Positions 1 through 13,440 are shown, counted from the first letter of the stretch. The stretch: DNA of 64,000 bases from Tubiluchus corallicola (GCA_030141605.1 JAQGDQ010000128.1:62001-126000); one strand, 5' to 3'. Notes: a model not told the origin generated them from the sequence alone. Numbers and translations: made by a program.

Positions 1-2441
1 TGTCTAACGAGAAAAATACCCGGAAGGCGTTAAGAAACGTTACAGGGCTTTTCTCAAAAAATCTGCGTGGTTTAAGGCATTTACATGTAATTGGTAAATT
101 TCTTATTGTTCATTTTAAATAAACATAGTTTAGGACAGATGATTAGTAGGATCACCACATTTGCTCATCTCTGCAATCCAGAAACCATCCAAGCTACACT
201 TAACTTATACTTTACTTATTTTCTGTTACAATAGGTTTACATTTCCTTGTTTAGAAGCAACAAAAAACAAAATACTGAAAGTAAAATACTTATTAATATT
301 ACTGGAAATGTAATGCACATCTGTATGTTTTATAAGTTAATGTAATAAAGTGGCTTGCAACTATATCGCCTTAATTTCAGCCCGCCAAAGATTGCTACAA
401 TTAAGGATGCAAATTTCACAGTCTGCTGAATGCCACCAAGCATATCAAATAAGCCAAGAAATCTTGATTAGCACTTACAACAATATCTTTAATGAGCTTC
501 AGGCGAGACGTGTAAGTAGCGAATCAATCAAATATAATTTTTAGCTGGTAAACAGGATCTGTTTACGTCGCTCATGTTTCCGAGTGACAAAAATCTTCGA
601 TACGTAATACTCGGCCTAGACTTAGTAGAAGTTCATTTGCAGAAATGACATTCGCAATACAGAATTAATGGCGTGGGAAGCAGGCCTATATTAACGTAAT
701 TATAGCTTTGCCAAAGAAGTGAGTTGATCTTTTTCTGGCAGAAACAAACAGTTGTAGAACGTATACAGACGAACATAATAGAATTGACCTCCTGGTGGAA
801 CACTAGTTTGAGAAGAAAGTTGGTGCTGTTAATAACTAAAAAATCATTTGTTGTAGTTGAGGTGTTCTGGTGTTCAGTTTTGTCTGAACCTCTTGCGACA
901 CATACTATAGAAATGATCCTTTTGTCCCGTCTATAACCTGCACAATACTTTCAAAGCTACTATCGCTAATGATGGCTAATATGGGTATTATTTAGCGCAG
1001 CTGTGCAATATTTTGCTATGTTAAGTGATCATTATGATCATTTATTACTTTCAGGGTGAAGATGGGTTGCTACCTCGACCCAAAAGGTTAATGTGTGTAC
1101 CTGTTTGTATTTGCCAGAATGAATTGTTGAAGAAAAATTACGTCACAGGAAATCAACCTACTTAGTTCAAGGCTGTATAAATTTAGTAGAGGACAAGTAT
1201 TTTTAAATGTTAAAACATTTGTCAGTGAAATGCAGCTTTGTGAGCTTGTGAGTTGTGCGTGGCAACTTTGTGAAACCTACGCTTACGATTACGCCGTCTT
1301 TTAACTCTACTAAACTTCTGCGATTACTTGTTAAATATTGACGCGTTCATTTTCCTCGACATAAACCAACCAGACATCATGGTCTTCAAAAATGTTTAGT
1401 TTGTGTCTATATATAATTTTAATATCAAAAAATAAATATCTAATAGTGTGCTAGTAAGACTGCAGGGGGAAATTCTTGCGTGCACATCCAAATGAGTTAT
1501 GAGAACATGTTATATCTTAAATACTCGTTGCAGAAAAAAAGGTGTTGAACTGGTCAGAATATTTTATATCCAGCGAGCAGCCGAAAGACCACTCACGCTG
1601 TCTTTTGAGGATCGCTCACCTGATATAGGATACAGTGTACGTCTTGTAGTAGCTGTCAAAGTATAGAAATGCGTCTTTCCTGTTATTTATATTTTGCTAA
1701 CTGTTTCTATGAGGCCTTAGTGGCTCAATCAAACAAAACTTCTAGTTCAAAATCAACAACAAACCTGTAATAGATTCGTCTGATATATTAACTGCCTTCT
1801 GAGCTGCAAAACCGCTTTAAATGCACTTTCCGCTGTTTAGGTTCTAGCAAATAGATTTACCAATTCTTTCATCTCTAGTCTTCAGTTTTAAACTGACACA
1901 GCAGAAAATTAGTTTTGCCTTCCAATTAAACGCGCTTCTTTGAAGACAACAGATCTCCTAACTAAATAAATCATGTAAATATATCGACTGTTTCCTAATT
2001 CTATATATTTATAATGTAGTTATAAATGCGACTCGATGCTCTTAAGAAGCATTATATTATTACATCTAGACGCGCATTTATACGTACAGAATACACAGGG
2101 GCACTGTCTTCATCCAACCATATATCTTAAATTTATTGCGTTAAAGTTTTGGCGAAAATTTCTCTAATGTAAAATAAAGGATCAAAACTCTTTTATCTTA
2201 ACGTTCTTATGACACTGATAATGATTCTGCAACTGTGATGATAAGTCGCGATATCGCACCTGGGTTGATGAAGCCACAATCTAAGTTGCAACTTGTGGTG
2301 CAGTCTCTTGCATGTAGTTTTTCTCGATTACCCTTGCGTGTTAGCCATAATTAGTCATTTGATGCGGGCTAAATTTTCATTTCCGATTTAGTTGCAAAAG
2401 AAAAAGCTTAGTAGTTACTAGTAACTACAACTTACTTTCCT

Positions 2442-2444
<3 letters not shown>

Positions 2445-2501
<57 letters not shown>
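2445..2501. repeat. (CT)n microsatellite
   Basis: Directly visible run of about 27 CT units. Confidence 0.95.
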
Positions 2502-2503
<2 letters not shown>

Positions 2504-3771
2504 CGTGTACATAGTAGGAAGAACAATAAATTACTTATTAGGGTGTTAAAGCACTTTGGCAACAAATTGTTTTAACTTTTTAACTTCTATTGAGCTCAAC
2601 TTGGCTACAAGTTGCTGAAGCCCAAAACTGGTAAAAAAAAGTCCTCTAACGTCTCAGTAACATAGTATGTGTTATGGATTGCTACTTAGACATACGAAGA
2701 GATGTTTCTGCTTTGTTATTTTGGCGCTTCTCCCGCGGTGATTTTACATTATGATTACAACTCTATGACTTCATGCTTTTTAATACATTTGTACCTTGCC
2801 TTAAAATAAGTTTAGTTTTTATAATACTGATGCAAAACTACGTTTTGTTGGCATTAGGCATGTATGGGGTAATAGCTCTCCTAGACTTAATTGAGAACTT
2901 TCTAAAGAAGCCAGCGTTAATTTTATAATTAAGCTGCTGATATTGCTGTAATAGCTGCACTCCCTCGAATAGCTTTGGTACTGAAGTTTAATATTTAATT
3001 GCAATCACAAACCAATATAACGTCTTAATTCGTATATATTGTCGCACTGACACGAAAGCTTAAAAGATAAAAGTAAAATCTTCATTCTGGATTACATAAA
3101 GCACTTTGCCTTTTGTAGAACCTGAGCCAACGCGTCTGCTAGTGTAACAATAATGGATGCCCCTTGTTCGTATGTATGATTGCATATAGTTTCAACGTTG
3201 ATTGAAGGAGGGCGTGCTGAGATGCACTTGGAATGATGAATTTGTATCTTGCAATCAGCTACTGTGTTGTATATCCATGAGATCTGAAGCAAGCCAATAT
3301 CTTTTTCATCCCATCTCACTGCGGATTTCGTCAGTTCTATAGCCTATTATACCAGTGGATATTTGTTTTGTGTTCATCGCTTTCGACTTCGAGCGAATCT
3401 ATTTGGTAAATCACCAACTCAGCTTGCAGCAGTGTTTTATATTTAAATAAGATTGCTCGCGTGCAGCAATAGTATTGAGATTAATCCGAATTATATTAAT
3501 GCAACGATCTAAAAAAATGGCATTTGTCATTGTTGGCTTCTTCTTTGTAGCCTAACTTCAATTCCTTGCTAAATTATATCATCCCTCCACCAGATGTGAT
3601 GGCTATGTGCAAAACAGTGTATGTGCCAGTTCCAAAACGTGTATCAAATTTGTTAACGTTAACATTAAAGTCTAATAAAAAAGCACTAAAGGTTTCGAAA
3701 GACCCGATACTGGCATTTCGCAGACAACATTACACACGCACATACCGAGTGGTGCACTCTCTAAGCTGCAC

Positions 3772-4175
3772 TAAAATTGCATTTCCATGACAAAGAAAAA
3801 GACATTTTTCCAAAATTTACTGTTTTAAATGAAAAACAAACGCAGCTTTTAATACTTTCTTTCTCTACATAACTTAGAAAAATTGTTCTACGATCTTTCC
3901 GGTCATTTTGCGACGCTTAGATCGGAGTTGGCCAATAAATAAGTTAATCTCCTTTTGTGGAAATTCACTCCAAACTTGAAGCAAAACTTTTTTTTCAATC
4001 CAGGAACTCTCGCTCAGATAAGTTCTCCCATGTGCATGTGTAAATCTAGAGCATTTACGTCAGGGTTTTCTAAGTTATGCTCGGAAGAGAAACATAAAAA
4101 GCTGAGTTTCTTTTTCATTTAAAACCGTAAGTTTTGGAAAAATTTCCTTTTGTGAGTCATGGAAATACAATTTTA
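3772..4175. mobile_element. Fold-back/MITE-like element with ~110 bp imperfect inverted arms
   Basis: 3772-3885 (taaaattgcatttccatgacaaagaaaaagacatttttccaaaatttactgttttaaatgaaaaacaaacgcagctttt...cataacttagaaaa) is the diverged reverse complement of 4065-4175 (ttttctaagttatg...aaaagctgagtttctttttcatttaaaaccgtaagttttggaaaaatttccttttgtgagtcatggaaatacaatttta). No ORF. The inverted repeat is seen; the MITE call is inference. Confidence 0.65.
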
Positions 4176-4236
4176 AGCGTAATATTTTGAAAAAATTCAG
4201 CAAAAATAGATATAAAACTGAAAGTACTTTTTGCTC

Positions 4237-4238
<2 letters not shown>

Positions 4239-4278
<40 letters not shown>
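4239..4278. repeat. (TA)n microsatellite
   Basis: Directly visible; it explains the YIYIYI ORF at 4075-4302. Confidence 0.95.
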
Positions 4279-4280
<2 letters not shown>

Positions 4281-4300
4281 GTGTACTGAACACCCCTTTC

Positions 4301-5570
4301 ACGCAAAATGTAAGTTTCTGTTGAAGCTAAGTTATGCATCTGGCCTCTATAACAGCGGTCGTCTCTAAATCCACTTCATGTAATTTGCTAATAAAGGTAT
4401 CGTTTTTCTTACACATTATTCTTCGTGGATAGTCTGCTTGGCCTCCGCATCTGCTGGTACCGAACCTGGATAGTTTTACCACATGTCGGCGAGGTACCGC
4501 CGGCAGTTCATTGGTGTCAGAAGAAGTGGGATGATTAAATGAACCCAGCCATGGACTGTTAATGGACAACTCAACATTCAGTTTGAGTCTGCTGCACTTC
4601 TTTGCAGGTGAACGTAAGCTTGGATTCGTTTTTACCTGTGCCAGTGGTAGGCTGAAGTACCACATTCTGATGTTTTTATCTACTATTTCATGGGCGTGAT
4701 GATTTGCTTGATTAATGCATTGTGGAACCCATCGGGCGCTAGTCAGTTATGGACAGCTATGATGTAACAATGCTGTTTTACGGTAACACAGTGGTGATCA
4801 AAACTTTGATGTTTGATAATTCAACACGCCTATGTGGTATATGTACGTTGTATACATAGGATCAGAAACGTGCCGCAAGTATATTCTGAAAGCTGTAGTT
4901 GCAATTCAGTCTGAATTCACAGCTGGAATAAGCATGCTCTAATGTTAACTCGACCTGTCTACCTGTGCTAACTTGCTGTAGGACCTGACCTGGATTTCTC
5001 TGATTGGATACTGCTCACAATGGCTAGATAGTCTAGCTTCTCTCTTCTACTTGGCGGTACCTCAATTCTGTCACGGACACTGGCTTCTGGACTGTTATGC
5101 TTTCTTCAGTGGACTTTTAAACATTTGTGCTGTTACATTTTTACTCATTTATGCTGTTACATTTTTACTTTTTACTTCTGTCAAAACTGCTGCTTGCATT
5201 TGTAAATATACTGTAATCTGACTTGTCATTCCGAGGTCGGAATGTGTTTTTGGAGGGGGGTAGTGTGCTGAACACAAAATGCAGGTTTCTGTTAAAGCCA
5301 AGTTATGTATCTGGCCATACATAAAAGCGGCCATCTCTGCTCTTTTACTGGTCCAGTTAGTGTAATCCACGACAGTGTGATCTGTATTTCATCATTGTTT
5401 TTGAATCTACTTCATGTAATTTGGCAGTAAAGGTATCGTTTTTCTTACACATCATTCTGTTGTTGTTGTTTCGTGGATGGATGTCAGAAGAATTATAGTC
5501 TGCTTGGCCTCCGCATCTGCTGGTACCGAATCAACCTGGGCAGTTTTAGCGAGGTACCGCCGGCAGTTCA
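4301..5570. repeat. Local diverged direct duplication (about 4301-4510 vs 5273-5570), probably within decayed minus-strand LINE sequence
   Basis: Shared blocks in the same order: caaaatg..gtttctgtt..aagttatg.atctggcc, acttcatgtaattt..taaaggtatcgtttttcttacacat, atagtctgcttggcctccgcatctgctggtaccgaa, gcgaggtaccgccggcagttca. Minus-strand peptides ALTET..LCSAHYPPPK (5149-5370 ORF) and APDGFHNALIKQ (~4700-4740) weakly resemble APE endonuclease and RT-start (APGPDG) motifs. Confidence 0.7.
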
Positions 5571-8500
5571 ATATACATATTCGTTGTTATTCTGTTAAAT
5601 TTTTATGCCATTTCGATTAACGTTTAAGAAAAAATTTCGTTTTTGTCACACAGAAAAAAATGGTGACAAGTAGGGCTATAACAGGACCGGAACTTCCTTT
5701 GGTTATGTTTTTATTATAGTTTCAATTTCACTTTGGTTCCAGCACAATTGTTCTAGTAAATTTCATAAAACTGTTCAGGTAAATTTCTCGAGAGTATTCC
5801 GCTAAATTTACTGAGAAAACACGCATGCGCATATTTTATCAAATTGGTTAAAAATCGGCAGAAACAAAATTATAATAACGTAAAGTAATGAATTTTTACA
5901 GTGTCGCTTGTTGTAATGAAAAGCTGATTAACATTCACCCAAATTTGCAGACCACGACGAGGAGCTTCGGTAGCTTTCGAGAATTCTCTACGTGTGCCGT
6001 TGGCTCGTTTCACATTCCGATGGGCACACATACACCTTACTCTCTTCGCCGAGACTGACAAAACTGAGTAAAAGTAATTATTAGTTAGTGTAGGCACGCA
6101 TATCCATAGATTATGACAAAATCGAAGTTTGCCGTTTGTGTCCGTACAAAGTCACTTTGGGCAGAAAAAACTCCCTGGAGGTGTGGAATACAAATAGTTG
6201 AACTTCAACAACTTCACGATTTTTTTCGAAATGATTTACGTCACTGTCACATTTTTGAAAACTCGTCAAGGGGTGTTTGAGTGTAGATCAAAAAAACATC
6301 CCAAAAGACAGAAAATGTGTGTAAATTATATACTGTAACTAGGAACGGGCTGCTGTGCCGGCAAGAAATTGTGGGTTCAACTTCAATTCCTCAGCCATAT
6401 CATTCTTTATTTGAAACAGGTACAGTCACGAAGAATGACACATAATAGCGTACTAGGGCTTGCACGTTTTGATTACTTCTCTGGTATAGCTATGTTAAGG
6501 TCATATCTATAGCTGTCTTAATTCTATTTTAAACGCTTGCTGGGAGTCTAGTGGCGTTAAACGCACCAGAGTTATTTCGATGCTCTTAACACCATCCCAT
6601 GTCCTCCGGCATATGCAGAAAATAGTAAATTACTGTTTACTTAGTAGCTTTCGCTGTTGTGTCGCTGAGCAAACTCGATTTTTCACACATCAGTGATGTC
6701 GTCCATGGCTTACACTATTCGCAAACTAACCACGAAACCCTTAAACTCTTTGGCACGGTTATTGCGTATGTCGTCAACATATCTTTAAATATCTATGGTG
6801 AAGATACAATATGCTTGCAGTGTGAGCGAATTACGGGAACGCAGATTGACATTTTCTGGATACGAATAGCTGAGTTTTGTAATATTAATAACTCATCTTT
6901 GCTATGAGTAAGTATAATTATAACATCGTTGGCACCTCATTTCGCGTTATAAGCCATAGAATCAATTTACTGGGCTGGCTCACAGCCTGGCTGTAACAGA
7001 AGAAACGTTTTGCTCACTCGTATTCGGTAACATTAGTAATTAGAAGTCTTATGACTAACAATATACTATATACTATGGAACAATATATTGCTAGAATTTC
7101 TTGAAAAGGGAACAAAAGATGTAATATAACCTCACTTTTTGCATTGAATATTGCCAGAATGGACGTTATAGACATAATTGGAACTAATGCACTCAACTGC
7201 CCTATTATTGTTTGTGCATACATGGTTACCCCTTAATTTCCTGAGTAACGTTACTATTATCAGGCATTCAGCGTTCAGAATCTGCGGTCACTGGCATTTC
7301 ATATGCCGTTATTAAGCGAAGATGTCATTTATCCCGATTAGCCTTCTGGAACTGCAATGTTGCTTAGGTTATAAGCAGAAATTTAGTTTGAACCCAACAA
7401 AGGAAGCCGATTTAGGAAACGAACGTCAGCGAAATGGAAACAGGGAAAATAATATCATATTCAAGCTAGATTTTTTTGTGCCCACTCCAAGAACAGTCGA
7501 GTGATCACAGTTAGTAAATCACTACTCTAGTTTAGAATGTCGCCGAGGTTGGTCAGTTAATGGGTTATGTTTGATACTGGTGTTTGTCCGGTTCGGTACT
7601 AGCTCTGGGATGTTTCTGATACTGTTTCTGGACTGTTTCACGTACCCATACTGTTTGCCACGTACATGGAGGATGCATCCGGGTGTGGCTACGATGCCTC
7701 TGCCCGTTCTGCAGATCTTAGAGGCATACAGTCTTGAAAACAAATCAAGCCCCGATTTCGCCATCTTGGATTCTGGCTTGCAGTGTGCTCATTGCACAAT
7801 TGTATTTTAAAAATGGCATGTCATCGCATTTGAAACCGAATTCAAACTTGAAATCGCTTTATTCTTGGGGAATCTCAATAAGATCACCAACTGCATGTAG
7901 CTGTATTGGCTTTGCAATTTGTAAACTACACTTAATTAATATTTGAACAATTACGTTACAATTATTGAACCACAATGTTACAATTATTACCTCGAAGGCT
8001 TAAAAAACTGAAGCATTTCTAACATCGGAAGTTATTTGCGATTGTAATGCGATGAAGAATTTAATGTTGTAATATTGGTCTTTCTTAGTTACACGTGTAT
8101 ATATTATCATTATCTCCCTTATTAATCCTTTTTAAGATTTCCACGTTCATACTGTGAAAAAAGCAATGTTTGACTTTTCGCAGAATTTATTTTGAATCAA
8201 TTTCCATGTAATTTTCCAGCCATCCAGCACCAAGAGGTTTAAATTGGGCAACATGCGTGAAATAGTATGAGATAAACCAATAGTATTTGGCTTGCCATGT
8301 TGAATCTATTAGCAATGATTATAATTGTGTAGTGAAGCATTACGGCAATAAATGGCGGAGTGGAAAAAAAGTGTGAAATTATTATTGCGTGTAGAATATT
8401 TCACTATCTGTATCCCTGTTTGGTAGGAGAAAAACGTATTGGGACATTTCTGCATTATGGAGACCCCAGATGAGTCATGAAGCAAAGGGGAATTTAAGTA

Positions 8501-9627
8501 CCATCCCAAAGTAGGCTCATGTCTTCCCGAGCTTGCATTCACAGCAAATCTACGGTTTACAGACGACAGGAAAATGTTCATTTTAAGCTTGATAAACAAC
8601 CCCTTGTAATTCTTAAATTATTTTATGGGGCATATATTTACGTGCGTTGTGGTGAAATGTCTACAAATACGATTATCTACATTGCAAACATGTATTGCAC
8701 TGCAATGAAACAAACCATCGATCAACTGCTTAACTCACTCTTATAACCTTATTTTAGTTTGACGGTCAAGTGGAACATACAAAGCTGTGACATCCTACTG
8801 TGTAAACTCTGAGCATAATCCAGTTAAACTACGGCTGAACAATAATCATACACCAGTACAATACAATTAAGTGCGTCAAATGCACTTAATTTTCGGTTAA
8901 TTCAGTTCCACTGGTCCTGAAAACGTAATAGGTGAAATGAATAAAGCAGCAAGAATTGCATGTGACGTCAGAACAGATTGACCTTGATCTTGTAATATTA
9001 AGCCCAGTTTCAAACATCTTCAGAGATAAATTAAACTATCCATTTTTCTGTGCAGCGCACTTAAAAATCTTCAGTATTATAGAACGGCAGTGCTTATGTG
9101 AACTTGTGTTGGCCACCTTTTAGGTGGGCCTTTCAGTCGATTTTTTGCATTGACTTTCAAGGCAACATCAAGATTAAAAGAGCAGCCTTTACCAGTCACT
9201 TTTCATCTGCCAGTTCCCTGCTCCAGTTGTCTGTTGAAGTCAGGTTGGTGGTCGTGCAATTGGGTCAGCAGATTTTTCTTTGCCGTTCTCAAGTCACTCG
9301 CTGGATCAGCGGCACTAAAAGACATTTTAACTTGCTATTATAGGATCGCATGCGGCAGTTTAGAAAATCGTCTCATTGAATTACAGTTTCCCTCCAGGCT
9401 CCAGCTTATAACGTAATGGATTAGAAGTGCAGTATTAATCCTCAAATACACACTACTTAACAGTTAAAAAAGTCTCTCTAAGTATTAAGGCTCAGTGAAA
9501 CATAAACAAACACTCAAGCTGAAAAGCAGCTCATTGCGGTTACAGTTCCGACCATTAACTAGATAAATAAAATAAACGGTACTTAGGTACTGTCAAAGGT
9601 ACTTTCTGTTAAAATGTTGTTAACTGT

Positions 9628-9760
9628 TGCTGTTGCCGCCGTCGCCACGGTGGTGGTGGTGGTGTTGGTGTTGGTGGTGGTGGTGGTGGTGCCGGTGAAG
9701 GCAGTGGTGGTGGTGCCGGTGAAGGCAGCGGTGGCGTTGGTGATGGCAATCGTCGCCGGG
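9628..9760. repeat. GGT/GCC-rich trinucleotide low-complexity tract with a duplicated ggtgccggtgaaggcag unit
   Basis: Directly visible; no flanking splice context that would make it coding. Confidence 0.85.
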
Positions 9761-11073
9761 TGTTATTAAGTTTCAAAGCTAATATATAATTACTTGAAAC
9801 ATTTTGGTATTACTACAGGTAATAAAACGCATATTTCTACCATAGTTCAAAATGGAATGAGATTTGAAAAATCGCACCGTTTTCCCTTAAGTAAATGTGC
9901 ACGATGTGCGGTGTTTGCAACTACTGCAGCAGTGGCTGTCTAATGGCTTTCCGCTCAAAGGAGCTGAGATCTTTGAGATCTATTCACGCTTTGGCAAATA
10001 ATCTCACAAGATGGCTATCCTGATAACAAAAACTATTAAGAAAAATACCATTCATGTTTTGCCTCAAACAACTTAAACGACTATGAAATTGATGACGAGC
10101 TGGGTACGCTAATTCTATTCAAACAGCAACCCTAATCTTTACAGTTTTGTAAAATAAAATCTTTTCCGCGAGATAAAGTGGATGAGTGCTCCTGAGCGTA
10201 AGAGATCTGCTGTCTTTTCCAGTTGCACAGTAAATGATATGCGCTAATCTGCGAAGGGTGGTTTCGAGGTATGTTACTCCTTAGCACCCCGCGACATAAC
10301 ACACCCTAAAAATGGACGTTGTGACATCGTGCTCAATACCGTTATTTCAGTATCTGGATTTTTTGAAGCACAAATTTTTGAACCATAATAAGCACGCATT
10401 TCGAAATTGTTCTTGAAACACCTATTTCGAAACACCTAAAAAGGTTGAGAATTTTATATTGAAGTAACAAGTGTTTTTGAAATGGCGTTATGTACAGCCT
10501 TGAAGTTAGTCTGGCAGTCAGTCAGTGGTGAGCAAGCCAGGATTTCGATGTGCATATTTACGAAGTTCTTCTCATACTTTATACGCGGCAGGTAATTAAG
10601 CTATTCCAGCGATTACACCGAAAGATACGAAACTGAGTACCGCCTACGGCGCAAAAAAAGTATAAAGCATAATTTGGACGTGAAACGATATTTAGTTCCG
10701 TCCTTTTAACTGCGAGCCTAAGTTTGTTTGAAATTACTGATAATTAAATGATAGATGTTGTGCCCTTTATTACCATAACTGCTTCTTTTTAATTGATGTA
10801 TCTGATTTTTAGCTTGTATGGTCGATTATAATAGCCTATGACTATTGTTTTACAAATCGACAAACATATTTTACTGTGTTTCTTGCTTCATGTTTTTTAT
10901 TTCTTTTCGTACCTTGTTTAACAAGCCACAAATGTACGCCTGTTCACTCGACGTGCCGATATGTCGCATTATTATTTTATTTTTTATTTTATTAGTTGAG
11001 CCTTTTCTTTCACAAATGGAGTACGAATCAATACAACTTTTTATAATACTCGTGCTTTTTTTATTTTTTGCAG

Positions 11074-11795
11074 TGGCTGTGGTAGTGGCATTCTTCATTT
11101 GTTACGCACCAAACCAAGCACAGCGTTTACTTGTCATCTACACCAAGACGTGGTCACCCGATATGCTGCATGCTTACCATCTACTGACCTACGTGTCCGG
11201 AGTATTTTACTACTTCAGTGCCACAATAAACCCTATACTGTACAACGTGATGTCGCTCAAATTCAGGCAAGCATTCAAACAGACTCTGTGCCGTTGTTTT
11301 CGTCCGCAAAGAAAGAAGACGCCAACGTTACTGCAGCATCCACGTGCGAATGGCTACCGATTCACAAGCAAGCATGTCCCTCCGCCCTATTCCGATACGA
11401 CGGGCACACCAGTGGAGGGCGTTTGCACCGGGCAGGGTAACAGCGCCTCTCCGGAACTCACTTACTCGTTTTGGAAAGACGTCAAAATCATTGAAAATGG
11501 TGGCAGGCACCCAGTTGGGTCACCTCTCAGTCAATCCACTACCAGCCTTCAGAGAGGTACAGAGTTGGACTGCAAGAGCTGTCTCATCGAGCAGCAACCA
11601 GACGTCCAAGAAATCGAATTACCGCAATACTTGTTAGAAATCAACGCGTATTGTTTGTCTGATCCTAAATTTAACAAGATATTGTGCCAGAGTCACGCCA
11701 AGAACACTAGAAGACACCCTAACTATTATACAACTGTCTTATCTGAACTAGTGTATAAAGCAAAAACAAGCCCAGTTAATGGAAGCATCGTGTGA
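11074..11795 (+). CDS. Terminal coding exon (TM6, TM7, C-tail) of a rhodopsin-class neuropeptide GPCR of the pyrokinin/CAPA/neuromedin-U (PRXamide) receptor type; upstream exons not found in the window
   Basis: Polypyrimidine acceptor ttttattttttgcag|TG at 11073/11074 (phase 1). Translation (V)AVVVAFFICYAPNQAQRLLVIY...LTYVSGVFYYFSATINPILYNVMSLKFRQAFKQTLCRC contains NPxxY, helix 8 and the AQRL / SGV.YY.S.T.NPILYN.MS.KFR.AF signature of PRXamide receptors. The first ~76 aa of the listed 10845 ORF are intron read-through. AATAAA at 12360 is a candidate polyA signal. Confidence 0.92.
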
Positions 11796-12829
11796 ACTCT
11801 AATCTTTTACACATGACAAACAACTATACATAATCATGATGGCGCCTTTAAGCCAAACGGTGATATACGTAAAGAAGGAAGTGTATTCCGTTTAATGGGA
11901 ATATTATGTTATCTTGACTTGTACTGCTAATTCTAATTTGGTCTACTTTTCACCCGACCCGCTCAGACCCGAAATGTCATACTTTGCCGTTCATAATGTT
12001 CTATGTAAATTATGATAAACGGGCTTGCGCATGCGCCCAAAATCTAATCATCTATTCCTTAACTTTTGAATAATTGCGAGTTGTTTAATTGCAATATAAA
12101 CAAGTATAGGACTGTCTACCTCTGTGTATACAATGTCTAACATGAACACATACATGCTCAATCACAGTATTAAGCGTATAGAATAGAATAGAAGAAACCT
12201 ATTTATTATAGACGCTATTGTTATTATAATACATAATAGCCGATAGACTTTTGATTTGGGTAACACTGTGATTTGAAGCGTTTGTACAGGCCTGATATTT
12301 ATTAATTGTTAACAAATTTTAAATATAGAGAGTATTAATTCAGTTGTGTTACTGTTAGAAATAAAAGTGTTTTTTATAAAGTTGCAAAACTTTCTTTTTA
12401 TTAATAAAATGTTGAAACGTATATAGTTTATATACGTCAAAGTAGTCGACTATTTGTTATAAAGTGAGGATGAGCACTGTGGCTACAATGTTGACGTTAA
12501 AACAAAGACAAACATCTACATGCACTTTCAATAGGAAATAAAAGAGATAAAGAGCAGTCGTTGTAGCTGCTTCTAGTAATTCTAAATACCTGGCAAAGTG
12601 CCTGGTCAGCCATCATACCATCGTCTTCGAGTCTTCCGTTTCAGTCCTCAGCATGCAAGGTGGCGATCGAGATGAATAAAAAATTCCTCGCTGGTTATCT
12701 AATACTAACGACTATTTGCATTGCAATCACAGCAAAGATTATTTTGGCTGGCGTTGTCTGCCTTGGTTTGTGAATTCTGCGGAGTCTGTGCCGCATAAGA
12801 GAGCAGTACAGTATGTAGCCAGCTTTTTC

Positions 12830-13440
12830 ATTCAATCCGCAATCGCCGATTTTAAACTGGTTCACTGTCCTGGCTGTTTGTGGTAATTCATTCCATAAAT
12901 CCACCACCCTTATACCAAACGAGCATTTCCTGATATCCGACCTAGCACACTGTCTATATGACTGCACATTGCGCGCTCATCTAGATCTTGTTTCATCTTT
13001 GAAGGTGAACAAAGTCTGAGCAGCCGCGCTGTTAATGTTCTTCATTATTTTAAATGTTTGTATTACATCTGCATGTGCTCTACGCCTTTAATTAAGTGCT
13101 TTAATTCGGGTATCATTTTGGCCCGAGGAGCCACGCTGATACTGTTCTATGTTGTAGTAATTTCGTAATTTAATGCCCTTGAGTAAAATGTGAATTCCAG
13201 ACTGGTGGGGGCATTGTTTGCTACTGGTAGGACCTTTGGGAACTTTTTTAATAAACAAATCTTCTATTGATCAGGCTATGTGCGTGGCTGGCTTTAGGTC
13301 GTTCGTAACAGTTATTCCAAGATAAACTTCCTTTCTTATCTCTGATATGAGCAAATTATACATGCATGCTTCAACTTAGGATTAGGATGGCTAATGTGTA
13401 TAAGCATGCGTTTACCATGGTTAAATATTCCATGGACCAC
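12830..13440 (-). mobile_element. Degenerate CR1-type LINE, ORF2 3' end
   Basis: Minus-strand peptides, broken by frameshifts: FNHGKRMLIHISHPNP, LGITVTNDLKPATHI, ADVIQTFKIMKNI, RSDIRKCSFGIRVVDLWNELP..TVNQFK. These match the CR1 C-terminal consensus (FN..KC.V.H.G, LGV....L, DLI..FKI, R..FFS.RVV..WN.LP). Confidence 0.85.

Noticed and set aside
1055-1086. Small + strand exon-like block as an upstream GPCR exon
   Set aside because: No recognisable GPCR sequence, a weak donor, and it does not end in the expected KML-like context.
7522-7810. Overlapping ORFs in a GC-richer patch with a minus-strand CAAGATGGCG motif
   Set aside because: No recognisable protein; it may be a retroelement 5' end, but I cannot support a call.
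10845-11073. N-terminal 76 aa of the 316-aa ORF as extra GPCR transmembrane helices
   Set aside because: T-rich intron sequence ending in a canonical acceptor at 11073; no TM5 or ICL3 motifs.
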